Shown piece after piece: positions 22,999 to 35,910 of a stretch of DNA of 64,000 bases. Each line of letters begins with the position of its first letter. The first letter of the stretch is position 1. The notes under the pieces are model-generated. The model worked only from the letters and a program-made list of their open reading frames with translations. It was not told the DNA's origin and searched no databases. Source of the stretch: Chrysomallon squamiferum (taxonomy: Eukaryota; Animalia; Mollusca); contig CM022669.1 of the NCBI GenBank assembly GCA_012295275.1, positions 19,282,001-19,346,000 on the forward strand. The letters are read 5' to 3'. The position numbers were made by a program, and so were the translations under genes.

Positions 22999-25900
22999 TA
23001 AAATACTGTAGAAAGTCTGTTATTTAACAATGCCTTAAATAATAATAATAATCATAATAATAATAAAAACAGGTAATCTGTAGCTGCTGAGGAAAGATTA
23101 TATGTATGCATATATATATAATATAATAATAGTGTTTGTATTATTTATTTATGTATTTATTTCATTTGATGTGGGGATTTTTAAACTACAATTTTAAAAA
23201 GTAAGAAACAAACAAACCCTGAGTGACAGTTTTTGTAAGAACTCTAACTGTTCTCCAGTCAGCTTCTTCAATGAGGTGTTACTGAAACAAATCAGTGAGG
23301 AATACAGTATGTATTTGTCATACTCTGTCCATTAAATCAATTGACAGGTTACAGAATATCGCATTAGTGCTAATAACCAGAACAGTGACAGCCATGTATA
23401 CCGATCTCCAAAGAACTTACTCTGTATTTGTTTTAATATATTTTGTTGTTTTAATTTAGAATTTTACAGAAGATGGTTCTGAACTAACTGAATTATCTCC
23501 TTTTTCGTCTTATATTGTTGTTGTTATTGTTATTATCATCATCATTACAAATACAGTGACAAATATAATTTGTTTTATCACACATCTCTAAAACAACTTA
23601 ATTAAATGTTGGTTATACATGCAAATTTAAGCTTGTGTGTTTGTGTCTGTCTGTGTGTATGTGTGCCTCTGAGTTTGTATCTGAGAGTGTTGTGACTGTG
23701 TTGTGTCTGTGTGTGTGTATGTGTTTGTATGTGTATATGCATATATATATATTTATATATATATTTGTGTATTACTGAGCTATGGCAGATAATTTTTTGT
23801 ATCTATTTATATGATGAGTGAAGAACTGAAAAGTTGCTGTGTATCTAATCTGTATATTTATTAACTGTTTCATAGATTTATGATATCTGTCAGTGACAAT
23901 TAAAATATTACTAATGTACTAGGAAGGATAATAACAGCATTAAATATTCATTTCACTCTTACTGTATCATTAATATTACTGTTTTAGGAAGGTGTCTATT
24001 TAAAAAAAAAAAAAAAAGATATAAAAAAGATAGTATAATAATAATAAAAAAACAACCCAAAATAACATTATCTGGGAATGATCAAAATATAATAAAACTA
24101 TTTGTTAACACCATCAGCCATCCACTTAAATTTGTTTTCTGCCATTTACGTCCAGTCCTGTGTCCAGCCCTATGTCCAGAAACCTGTTCTTACCTGGTCA
24201 ATTTGTTTTTCTGCAGCCAGTTCTGGACATCTTTGCCTGACCATTGAGCCACTGTTGCTCCTTTTCCAGCCTGAAGTGAGGCAGACTTTATGACAGCTAT
24301 CTGACTCTCTTCATGCTGAAACAGATCATTTTTGACATTAAATTCAGATTCACAGTATTATTTTACGAATCCAGTAATCAGCATAACATTATAATATATA
24401 GTATAATGTAATGTGATGTACATCAAAGTATTATAAACAAGTTCTGTGTTTAGTGTACTTGTTTCAGAACCATAAATAATTTATCCTGCATATCTGTTTC
24501 TCATTAAGAGTTAAAAGCAATGAAACAAAAGATAATAATGGAGAAGAAGACTAGCTATTTTGTGTTTATTTAGTTTATTTATTATTATTTCATTTTATTT
24601 ATTTATATATTTATTTCTTTATTTACTTTTTTATTTTGATTATTCAGTTAATTAATTAATCAGTTAATTTATAATTAATATATTACAATACAAACTGTAG
24701 GTAATTCTGCTTGCAATGTTTTGCCTCTACTTCCAAGCTCCTTTATCAGATGCTCTATTTTTGTCTCAAACTGATATTTGCCACTGAATTCAAAAAAGAG
24801 TTTGGTCCCCTTGATCATTCCCAGCCAACCATCAGGTTTGTATCCTTTCTCCATCAGAAGTGGTACAATATCTTTCTTCAGTGAAAATGCATATTCAGCT
24901 TCTGTTCATTCAAAAAATATAATAGGAATAATACCACACCACAACCACCAGTACAACTCCAACTACTATTACTTCTACTACTATCATCACCACCACTACT
25001 ACTACCATTTCCATCACAGTACTACCACCATTACTGCTACCACTACTATCACCACTACTACTACTGCTACAACCACCAGCACTATCACTACTACTGCTAC
25101 AACCACCAGCACTATCACTACTACTGTGACTACTACAGGACTATCACTATTACTGCTACCTAGACTACCACTATCACTACCACTACCACCACCACCAGTA
25201 TTACCAATACTAGCTGTACCAATACTACTACTACTATCCCACTACAACTACTGCTACTGTTACTACTATCACCACTACCATTATCAGTAACACCACTGCC
25301 ACTACTACTACTACTTCAACCAACTACCACTGCCACTACTACCACCACCATTACCACTAGCATCTGTACCACTACAGCTACCACTACCACTGCAATAACC
25401 ACTAGCACCACAACCACACAACTACTACTGCCACTACTACCAATTCTAGCCAATACTATAAATAGAACTAACCATTTCTGCAGTTCTGACTTTGTTTGTA
25501 ACGGTCTGACATACAGATGAGAACAACAGCAGCGTTCTCAACAGCTTCTGCCATTGCCTGTAGAGTGGATCCACCCATATTGTCCACATCCATCCACACA
25601 TGGAAGTTAGCTCTCTTCAAAGCCTCCTTCACCTGAGAAGCAAACAAGAGCACATAACTCTAATTATAAAATAATAAATATTAACATATTGTGTTTTATG
25701 AGCCTCCATCAGCGAAAGTAATATTTAAAAAATAAATATTGTAAATTTTAATTATTGTATTTTGACAGGAAAATTAGCTGTTTTTAGACATCTTTTATAA
25801 AGTGGACTACACAGGAAAAAATAAATTTGTCTTAAAAGAATAGTTACATTTTCTTTAATAAGCTGATGAAAATAATTTAGTAAAAGAAGTAAATAACTGA

Positions 25901-26484
25901 ATGATGTGTTGTTCACTGAAACAAGAACACACACACACACACACACGTACATCACTTAACATATTTTCAAGCCTGGATGAACATGTATACACTTTATTTT
26001 TTACCTGTATGACTTTCTTTTGTTCAGTCCATGCATAACTTATCATAATGTGTCCTGTGGGTTTCTTTTCTGGTATAGAATTCTTTTTTATAGAATCTGG
26101 AATAAACATTAACAATCATATTTAGTTTACCAATGTGAATTATTATCAATTCTTGCTACTTTTTTTTATTATTAATTTTATTATTCTTATTTTTATTGCT
26201 ATGTTGCAGCTGCTGCTTCTGCTGTGACTGTTGCAAATGCATTATTTTTATTATTGTTATTATTATTATTACTACTACTACTACTACTACAAGTATTATT
26301 ATTTTTTTTTTTTATTACTCTTATTATTATTATTATTATTATTACTTTTCGATACCTTCAAGTTTTTTCTCCCTTTCCTCTGAACCTAAAACCCAGAGGG
26401 CACCACTGGCAGCCTTGGCGATATTTTTGTTTTGTGACTTGCTAACAGATTTGAGCAATGCCATTACTTCTTTGTCTTTCTACA

Positions 26485-26535
<51 letters not shown>

Positions 26536-29108
26536 GATAACAGAAATCAATCTCTTTTTTTTTGCCTTAGAAATGTACATGAAATATGCAGTATTCAAAA
26601 TATGCTATGAAAAATAAAACATCATTTTTGTATAAAAAACAGGGAAAACCCTGAGAAATAAATAATAAATAAAAAAACAAATCTGTTGACTTTACAAGCT
26701 ATTTACTGAAATCGTTTGATGAATGAAAATAAGCTAAGAACTGATAAAATAAAGACATTTATTTTTTTTTCCCTTTGTTTAAGTTATTATTATAATTATT
26801 AATTTATATAACATGGACAATATATACATTAGCAGAAATTTCAGATGTTTTTTTTTTCTTGTATTTTTTTTAAAGATTTTTAATGATATTTGTATCTCCT
26901 TAACAAAACAAAAGAAAATAATAATTACCATAACAGTAACATATGAACCATAAAATGTAATTTGCAAGAAAAAAGTGATAAAATAAAGAGGAATCTGATA
27001 CACATGTTTATATTTTTTTTCTTTGTTTCATTTATTATTAAAATTATTAATTTATCAACAATATCTACATTAGCAGGAATTTCAGATGGGTCTTTTTATT
27101 GTTGCTTTTTTTATCACATTTATGCTTCCTTAACAAAAGAAACAAAAGAAAATAATAATTTAAATCACCTTAACATATGAAAAAAAGACCCCAAAAAACA
27201 AAAACAAAAGAGTTTAATATTTAATACTTACTAGAATTATCGTTTGGTTTTCTTTGTCAAACAACAGTTCCCAGATGCACTCAATAGCTGGTCTCTTTTC
27301 ACCATCTTTTCCATTTTTCAAAATTTCCACTAACACAGGAAGTGTACCAATTTCCATCAACAATTTCTTGTTTTCGTCATTCTTTGCCAGACCTTTCATA
27401 CCTGCCACAAGTTCGTCCACAGCAAACCCATCGTATCGATGGTCAGTGCTTTTCCAGGCCTGTTTAATATACCTGAGTAAAAACCCATACACTTTCTTTT
27501 CGGCCATCAGAAGATGGTTCTGGTCCTCACTGATTATGTATGCAAGTGTCAAAAGCACAATCATCTTAACCTCTGAAATAGGTAAATAAATACAATAATA
27601 AATAAATAAATAAATAAATAAATAAATTATGAAATAAAGAAAGAAAGAAAGTAAGAAATAAAAAAAAAAAGAAATTAAGAAATAAAGGAAGAAAAAAAGA
27701 AAAAAGCAGGCACTGCTATGTCACTGTTATAAAAAAATCATTTTGCAGAACAGTATATATATGACAGCTGCCAATTACTTCCCCTGTCATTCTCATGCGT
27801 ATATATTTATACATACTTGGCGAATCACATTTGAGGAAAGGAATGATGCAGGTCACTGCATCCAGGCTGCGAAAGATCTGACGAGTGGCTGGACTCTTAG
27901 AACAGTTGTGAATGGCCCCCATTGCAGATTCAAAGATATAAAGTATTTTCTGCAAAACAGGACAGTTTCTCTCAGTAGGAATGGTTCTTTATTTCTTGAA
28001 TTAATATTGATATAATAATGCAAGGGTAAAAAGTGATTTTAACAAGATAGAAAATATATAACCATTCAGACAGACAAATACAAAAAGCTGGAGACGTCGA
28101 TGGATGGATTTACAGATGAATAGAAGACAAACACATATAAATACAAGTTGCATAAAGAGATGAATAAAAAAATATGACAAAGACAGACGTACAGATGGAC
28201 AAATGAATAAAAAGGAAGATAAACACAGATGGATAGATGGACAGATGAATAAAAAGTAATATAAAGACAGATGGATAGATGGACAGATGCTTTGACATGT
28301 AAAGTAACAATATAAATATATACACATACTTTGGGTTCTGAAATATCATTTTGCATTGCTTTAAGATCCCGTATGTAGAACTTAAAGAATCCAGTCTCTG
28401 CCAGGTATTCTGCAAACAACATGCTGGCATCCGTGTAGTTCCAAAGAAGTCCTCGAATACAGAAAATGGCTACCGTAGCTGGAACACCAATGTTCTCATT
28501 AAGAATTGATTCTGTCACATATTCAATGCCAACCTCTTTCATCAACAGTTCGTACAGGTCACATAGCAGCTGTGTCATGTTAATTCTTACCAAGTAGTCA
28601 GATAAAGCTTCTTTTTCTTCTTGTTTTGCAGTCAAAATATGACATTTCCACTGGTCTGATCAGATGATGTATTGTTTCATCTACTTCTCCAGAATCGACC
28701 ATTTTACTTATTTCCACGGCCATGAAGTCAAATAATTCAAAAGTCTCTTTCAAATCTGGGAATTTTTCAATCAACAGTTTTGCTGCTTTCAGGTCATCGT
28801 CACTCTTTGCTGGAATTAGTATGACATCTTTGACCTCTGGAACAGATTCTTCATTCTCATCAGACCCAAAATATTTCTCCTTCATTTTGGGATTGTACAG
28901 TGGAGCATCAACTTCATCTTTGGTCTCTGGTATAATTGAATCTTCTGTTGATGATTTTTTTAATTTTTCATCAGTTGCAGTCACAGCACAAGACTTCCTA
29001 AGTGACAAAGTTGATGATTTCTGACTGATCTTTTCTGCAAAATGAAGAATATAATTCAGAAATAAAAAGAGTTTTATAATGGACATGTGTGTATATGGGG
29101 GTATTTGT

Positions 29109-29151
<43 letters not shown>

Positions 29152-30671
29152 GACCCAGACATATACCTACAGACATATATGCATGCATAAATGTACATAC
29201 ATATGCACATACATCATTAACTCAGACAGGTTGCTGAATGAATAGTTTAAGTGTAAGAATGAAGTGAAGAAACAAATGTAATTGTTATTGCTAAGTAAAT
29301 TCTGTGGCAACCTGAATCAAAATAATTACAACAGAATTACATTAATTTAAATATTAAAATTATAAACATTTCTTACCTGTGTTCTTATCTGATGTATTTT
29401 TGAGAGACGATTTTGATGATGTTCTACCTAGCAAGTAGAAATAGAAAATTTAAATAAATATTCTCTACTGGTTCTACCTAAAAAACGGAAAATAATTAAA
29501 TTTAAATAATCATGTCTAAATTTTATTTTATTTTTTTCGTTTTTTTTTTTTTTTTAGCAAAAATGGAAATATACAGTGACCAAAACAACAGCATTTTGTA
29601 AATGAAAAACTGAGATGCAGCATTCTGAAGTGTGTAGCACAACAACAGTACAGCCACTTTGAAGCCTTACACCGAATATTAATCGGTTTTTTTGTAATGT
29701 GTAATACATCGAAAGAAAGAAGAAAACAAAACACATCCTGCTTATTTATGTCAATCACATGCATAAAATTATTTTAATTTGTACTGCAGATTCTAATATA
29801 AAGAAATATAATATTTAGTTAAATAAAGATGCATGGAAGAACGAACTGAAGGAACAACACTGCAGTGTTTGAGAAAGCAATCATGGATTTTAGAGACAAG
29901 CGTCACAGTTGATGTACATGGCTTATTCAGGAGCCTCAGGCAAACAAGGTCAACCTGTGTGTCATATTAGCAATTGTAAGACATGATATTATTGTAATTA
30001 ATTTACAAAGCTGTAAACATTTAATTACTTGCACTCCGAATTGGCTCCTTTTTGAGAGAAGATGTTGATGATGTTCTGCTGGTTCTACCTAACAAGTGGA
30101 AATACAAAATTTAAATACAAATTTTAAATACAAAATTTAAATACCTCTTTTCCATTCATTTTCACTGTGATTGATTATAAATATTGTTTTTTCCTATTCA
30201 AAAGTTTGTCAATGGATATTTGGGAAGATCTCTTTGATAACTCTATTATTTTTAGATATGTTTTTGTCAAGTGGGTTACTGGAAGAAAGGGTCATATTGT
30301 AGAATGGGGAAATATCAGCCATTTTATGTATTATGAAGTTCTTGCAAGCTTTGTTCATATTAAGTATTCAAGTTGGGGACTGTACTGTTGAAATTATTAT
30401 TATTATTATTTTATGATGTTTAAGTCTGGAAGTATTTCTTTTTTTATCATCTTGATGTGGACAGCCATTTACCCTCATCTTTTGATGCTCTTCTCTTTAC
30501 TTCATGCTCTGTCTGTTTGTCTGTCGTGTCAGGTTCGTTAGGTACTCGTCGAAACCGAAACATCTCAAAGTCTGCTGTGTGTGATTTAGCTGTTTCCTCT
30601 TCTTTCAGTTCGGGTTCCAATTTTGCTTCAGCTTCTGACGTAGATTTTGCCATACTGCTGGTGGTTCCCAT
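22546..30671 (-). CDS. ARM-repeat/TIR/SAM-like protein, paralog B (~783 aa if one frameshift at ~28625-28632 is corrected; otherwise a recent pseudogene)
   Basis: Exons 30671-30473, 30088-30029, 29427-29377, 29034-28330 (frameshifted), 27949-27817, 27572-27232, 26479-26356, 26096-26005, 25632-25473, 24901-24696, 24315-24194, 23281-23218, 22641-22546; all junction phases are consistent. MGTTSS start. ARM: AKAASGALWVL. TIR: HIMISY, VWMDVDNMGGSTLQAMAEAVENA, CRNEAEYA, YKPDGWLG. SAM-like tail: VAQWSGKDVQNWLQKNKL..LTGEQL..APEFYF. Confidence 0.85.
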
Positions 30672-31172
30672 GATGCAACACGCTATTCAAACATGTTTAT
30701 TTGCAGTATCTGGAACAAAAATGAAAACTGACAATGAATAATACGTTGGGCTGCAAATGTCACATTCTTTTATGTTTAATTTTTTAATTGTTTTTTTTTT
30801 TTCTCTCTGAAATCTGGGCTAGATAGAGATTTTGTGGATGTTGTTTTTATTAACATCACGTTATTACATATATACATACTTATTCATGTAAATAAATATA
30901 CACATACACACAACATAAATACTTACATGCATACATATATACATACATACAAAAAACCCCACAAAAAAACAACATTTAAACATATATAAACGTACATATG
31001 CTTTTATATAGTCTATCCATTTGTAATTAATGTTTCATATATACGTGTTTAACAAGCCAAGGCCACCAATGTTAAGATCAATAAGAAGTAATAAATTATA
31101 AATAATGATGGATGTCGGCTTAGAAGAGTTTTCTGGCTAAGTAAGAATTTCAGTGTTATAAAAGTGACTTAC

Positions 31173-31677
31173 CTTATAGTTCAGGTAACATATATTAATA
31201 TACTGTAAATCATAACAAATGACATTTATTTATTTATTTTTTTTAATTTTCGGTTTTAAAATAATGCAAAACAAATTCCGTTGTTTACCGCTCGCACCAT
31301 AGTGAAGTAAACACAAGATAAGATAACTCTCATCGGTGAGCATTAATCTATTTATAGATCCGGTAATTTCCAATTTCTACGCAGCATGTGTGTTGCCATG
31401 GCAGGAATAAAAAAATTATAAAAGATCCGACATAAAAAAAAAAAAAAAAGAAGATAATAATAATAATAATATATATATATATTTTTTTTTTAAATAAAAT
31501 TTTAAGTTTATTAGTCATGTTTAATTTCTGAATATATTTTGTAAACATTTTCAAATATATTTTTAATTATTATTTATTTTTTGTTTTTGTTTTTAATTAT
31601 TATTGCATTCGATATTATTTTGTCCTCTTTTTATCTTTTTATTCATTCATCGTTGTATTACTACTACTACTACTACT

Positions 31678-31712
<35 letters not shown>

Positions 31713-31962
31713 CAACAACAACAAAAATAATAGTATTGGAAATGTGTTAAAAATATAAAATATTAAACTGATTATTTGGGACAAAGCAATGTATATTTCG
31801 TAATAATAATAAAAAATATTTCTCTTTTCTTTTCATATATTTCTTCTTTTTTTTCAACCTGTTACCAGTACAATCACCAAAAAAATGGTGGAAATAAAGC
31901 TAGGGACTTTTGGAACTTAAGTTACGCATGCGCGGTTGCCAAGAAATACAATATGGCAGCCG
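31173..31962. promoter_or_regulatory. Putative bidirectional promoter between ARM-TIR paralog B (-) and the WD40 gene (+)
   Basis: Minus-strand 5'UTR donor AAG|GTAAGT at 31173. X-box-like GTTGCCATGGCAGG at 31392-31405. NRF1-like ACGCATGCGC, then GTTGCC and YY1-like AATATGGCAGCC at 31924-31961; this cluster is conserved at 14405-14445. Confidence 0.55.
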
Positions 31963-32063
31963 CCGTTAGACAAATTCAGTTTGATGTTAATATTTTAATA
32001 AAATATGAATGCTATGAAGAGAAATATTTGTTTCTGATAACGTAGGCACTAACTATTTTAAAA

Positions 32064-32882
32064 ATGGCCATGGAAAAACAATATGTCATCCGTGATACTC
32101 ACGGACGACCAATAACTGCAGTCGGTTATAATCCCATCCGTCGTGAAATTTTCATGGGATGCGAAGGTAAACTTTTTGTATTATAACAGAAATAATGGAA
32201 TAATGTTCATTCATTCATGATTTCGTTACATTGATATCAGCTGATAATCAGCATCTGGCACATATCTTTGAATTATCATTACTGACACTTATTTTTGTTT
32301 TCGGAGGGGGCTGTTCAGTAAGGTATGTTATAATTTCAAGGCCACCATCCCCTGGGTGAGTATACATATATTATTTAGCTGTTGTCATTATAGTAAAGTA
32401 AAATAAATAATGCAGAAAATTTACAGTACAATAATTAATAATAATAGAAAGATTCCAAAATCATCACCATTCAGCTTCAGTAAATTTAGTTACAAATTAA
32501 AGTTGCAAAATTTTCTTCCCAAGCTAAAGATATTATGAGCTAATAGAATCTTAGACAATTCACTTAGATTCTAAACAGTTGACAAATGAAATAAAAGCTA
32601 TGAATAAATTTTATCAATATAGCAGTCAAAGATGCCAATGCACCAGGTTTGTATTTAAATTAATTTTTTTTTCTTTTACACTACATAGCAATCCCCTTGT
32701 ATGAACGTTGGTCCACACATGACATCACAATCACAGAGTCAGTTAATTTGAAATGCATTTTTACTTTCAGATGGACTGATAAAAATATTTGAATCTGAGA
32801 CCGGCAAAGTAGTTCAAACATCTTCTGATCATGCAGGATGGGTTACTGACTTTATATTTTGGTAACAATTTTATCTATAAAC

Positions 32883-32916
<34 letters not shown>

Positions 32917-33206
32917 ATTGTGTACTGTACTGTCAAGAAATATATATTTCTTACTGCTATATTGATTCCTGGGGTTTTATGGGTATTTTGTACTTTTTTC
33001 TTTTTTTTTGTTAACTGATTTAACATTGCATAGATAAAATCATAATTTAATTTTGAAAGTGTATATGTTTCAAATGTCATTACTTTATTATAATTATTTT
33101 TTTATCATTTTAGTACCATATATATATATATATATATAGTTCTCTTTTTTTAATTTTTCACAAATTGTCACTAATTAAAAACAGTTAAATTAATATTTTT
33201 ATCATA

Positions 33207-33239
<33 letters not shown>

Positions 33240-33255
33240 AATAAAAAGAAAAGAA

Positions 33256-33290
<35 letters not shown>

Positions 33291-34711
33291 ATATTTTTTC
33301 TGAATTCAGGCCAAATGGCAAATTAATGTTATCAAGTTCTAATGATGGTTTCATCATGGCTTGGGGCTCTGGAGGACTCCAAGATAAAATCAAGGTTTGT
33401 TTTTAATTTAGTCTCTTAAATGTTTTTTAAAAATTAAATAAAAAAAGAAAGAAAGATAAAAGTTTAACCCCCAAAAAAACCTCCCCTCTCAAAACCCCAA
33501 AACATTTGTGTTAATTTTTTCCTGCCACATTTAATTAATCATGCATCATTATGATAAAAAAAAATTAAAAAATCTGTAGAATAAGTTTGAACACTTTTCT
33601 TTTCTTTTCTTTCTATCATTAATGGAAAATTAGAAACAGAATCTGACTCTTGTGCTGTCATATTTTTCAGAATAAAATTTATGTAACTAAAATAAGAGTG
33701 TGCTTATTCTTTCAGATGGGAATACCAATCTACTGCATGGCTATCAATCCAAGGAGAAACCAGCTTGTTTGTGGTGTCAACTGTGGAGTCAGAGTTTATA
33801 GTTTAGATGAAAGTTAGTGTCCTGTTTTTGGATTTGTTTCAATAAGTAATATATAATTATGTTATCTCTGCATACTAATAAGAAATACATAAATGAGTTA
33901 CGTTAGTATGTTAATATGAAAGAAATAATTAATTTAGCTGACCAGTAGTTTATTTCTTGTGATGTTTTTTTTCACAGAGACAAATGCATTTTTCTTATCC
34001 ATGTAATATAATTTTTTTATTTTTAATATATTTTTATTTATCTTTTGTGTTTTGTTATTTTATTTTATTTTATTTTATTTTATTTTATTTTATTTTATTT
34101 TATATCATTTTTTGTTATTATTGTTATTATTATTATTATTATTATTTTTTTTTTTTTTGGAATTAGTTGTCAGCTCCATTTAATCATTCACTTTATTAAA
34201 ATTGATAATTGTTTCTGCTTTCAAAGGTTAATTTAATATCCACCACTTTTCATGATGAGCAATTTTTTGAAATTATCATTTATAATTACAACAGTTTTCT
34301 TATTTATATTGAAATCTTTCTTCAAAACAATGAAAGAAAACATTATTTCCTATTCCAAACAGAACCCCATAACTGTACTGTCAAAGGCCATGGTATATAC
34401 TGTCTTTTCAATTTAAGTAACAATAAAGTACAATAGCATTGGTTCACTCCATTAACATTGTAACTGAAACACATACCATGTATTTGAAATCAATAATGCT
34501 GACATTAATTTATTAAGTATGTTAGGACTGTATCAAATAAATATTCATTTAATTTCAGAGAGAGTTTGCGGTCATGTGATCAACAACAAGGTTTTACATT
34601 TAGCTCCTGAGCACACAGACATTGTTCGCAATATCATCTGCTACGAATCACGCACATACTCAGCAGGGTAGTGTTTTATTTAGTTATTTCTATTTTTTTA
34701 TTTCTATATTT

Positions 34712-34742
<31 letters not shown>

Positions 34743-34935
34743 CGTTAATGCACTTATGTACGTTTAGTTTATTTATTTTATTTATTTATTTATTTACTTA
34801 CTGATACTTTTAAATGAAATAATTAGGGAAGATTTCTTTAAAATAATTTAATAATTAAGAGTATGAAATTTTTCATAGATTTTCTCATTATTGTAGTTCT
34901 TGTTGTTGTTGTTGTTATTATTATTATTATCATCA

Positions 34936-35002
<67 letters not shown>

Positions 35003-35879
35003 ATTTATTATTATTACTATTACCATTATTTCTTTTTTCCAGTTATGATCATAAACTAATTATCTATGACTCGTCCTACACTGGAGATAACCGTCTGGAG
35101 CCTGTTTTTATGTGAGCTTAATTTAAATTTTAATTTTTCAGTCTCCACTGGTGATTTTTAAAATAAATTTTTATTATTAACAATTTTTTTATATATACAT
35201 TATGTAAAATTATGACAGGCAAATATGTTAAATTGAATGATATATTATAACAAGTTAAGTCAGTTTTACAATGGAAGAGTGTAAAAATAAAAAAAAATAA
35301 AAAAATAAAATGTTGATTTATTTTTGGTATATAAATATTTCCTTATTTTTAAATGATGTTTTATTTTCAGAAATCCACAAGCTCATGAAGCTGGTATTTC
35401 ATGTCTGGTGCTTGCGAGAGATTCAGAGAATACCATGTGGTAAAAACAAATTACTGAATAATACAACTGTATCATATTTCAGTTAACCCAGGACAGAGGA
35501 AAGGAAATTTAAAAAAACTGACATTCTAATAAATGTTTTAAACCTTAAATATCTTAAATATCAGCCTCCAAAGTTAATTAAACAAATATTAATGTCAATG
35601 ATGTTAAAAAAAAATTGACCTTTTCTGTTTTATCAGTCGGTTTTATAGAAAACTTTTGATACGTTTAAGAATATGTTATAAATTATTAAAGTAATTAGAC
35701 TTGTCTTTAGTTTTCAATACATAATTTTATTTTAAAAATTACTTTCTATTTCTTCAGTTTATTTAAAGTTAGAGATGGGTTTTTTAAGATTATGGTAAAC
35801 ATTTTTAACTTCATTTATTGTGATAAAAAATGTATAAATTATATTAGATGCTGAAAACTTTTAAGATAGATAGACAGGC

Positions 35880-35910
<31 letters not shown>

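Larger units (their letters stand above)
17560..32835. repeat. Segmental duplication unit B
   Basis: Same-orientation paralog of unit A, with the same order: YY1-motif module, Tigger relic, ARM-TIR gene, bidirectional promoter, WD40 exons 1-2. The left boundary is approximate. Confidence 0.9.

Noticed and set aside
22546-30671. Naming the gene SARM1, MyD88 or a TLR
   Set aside because: The domain order is ARM-TIR-SAM-like; there is no death domain, LRR or transmembrane segment; orthology is not shown.
27254-30741. Plus-strand ORFs 27254-27589, 28722-29024, 30457-30741 (also 8988-9218, 58943-59191, 60365-60658)
   Set aside because: Antisense shadows of real exons on the opposite strand.
31953-32045. 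MAAAVRQ as the true WD40 start
   Set aside because: There is an in-frame TAG and no convincing donor. ATG 32064 gives a coherent first WD repeat. It is kept only as a uORF candidate.
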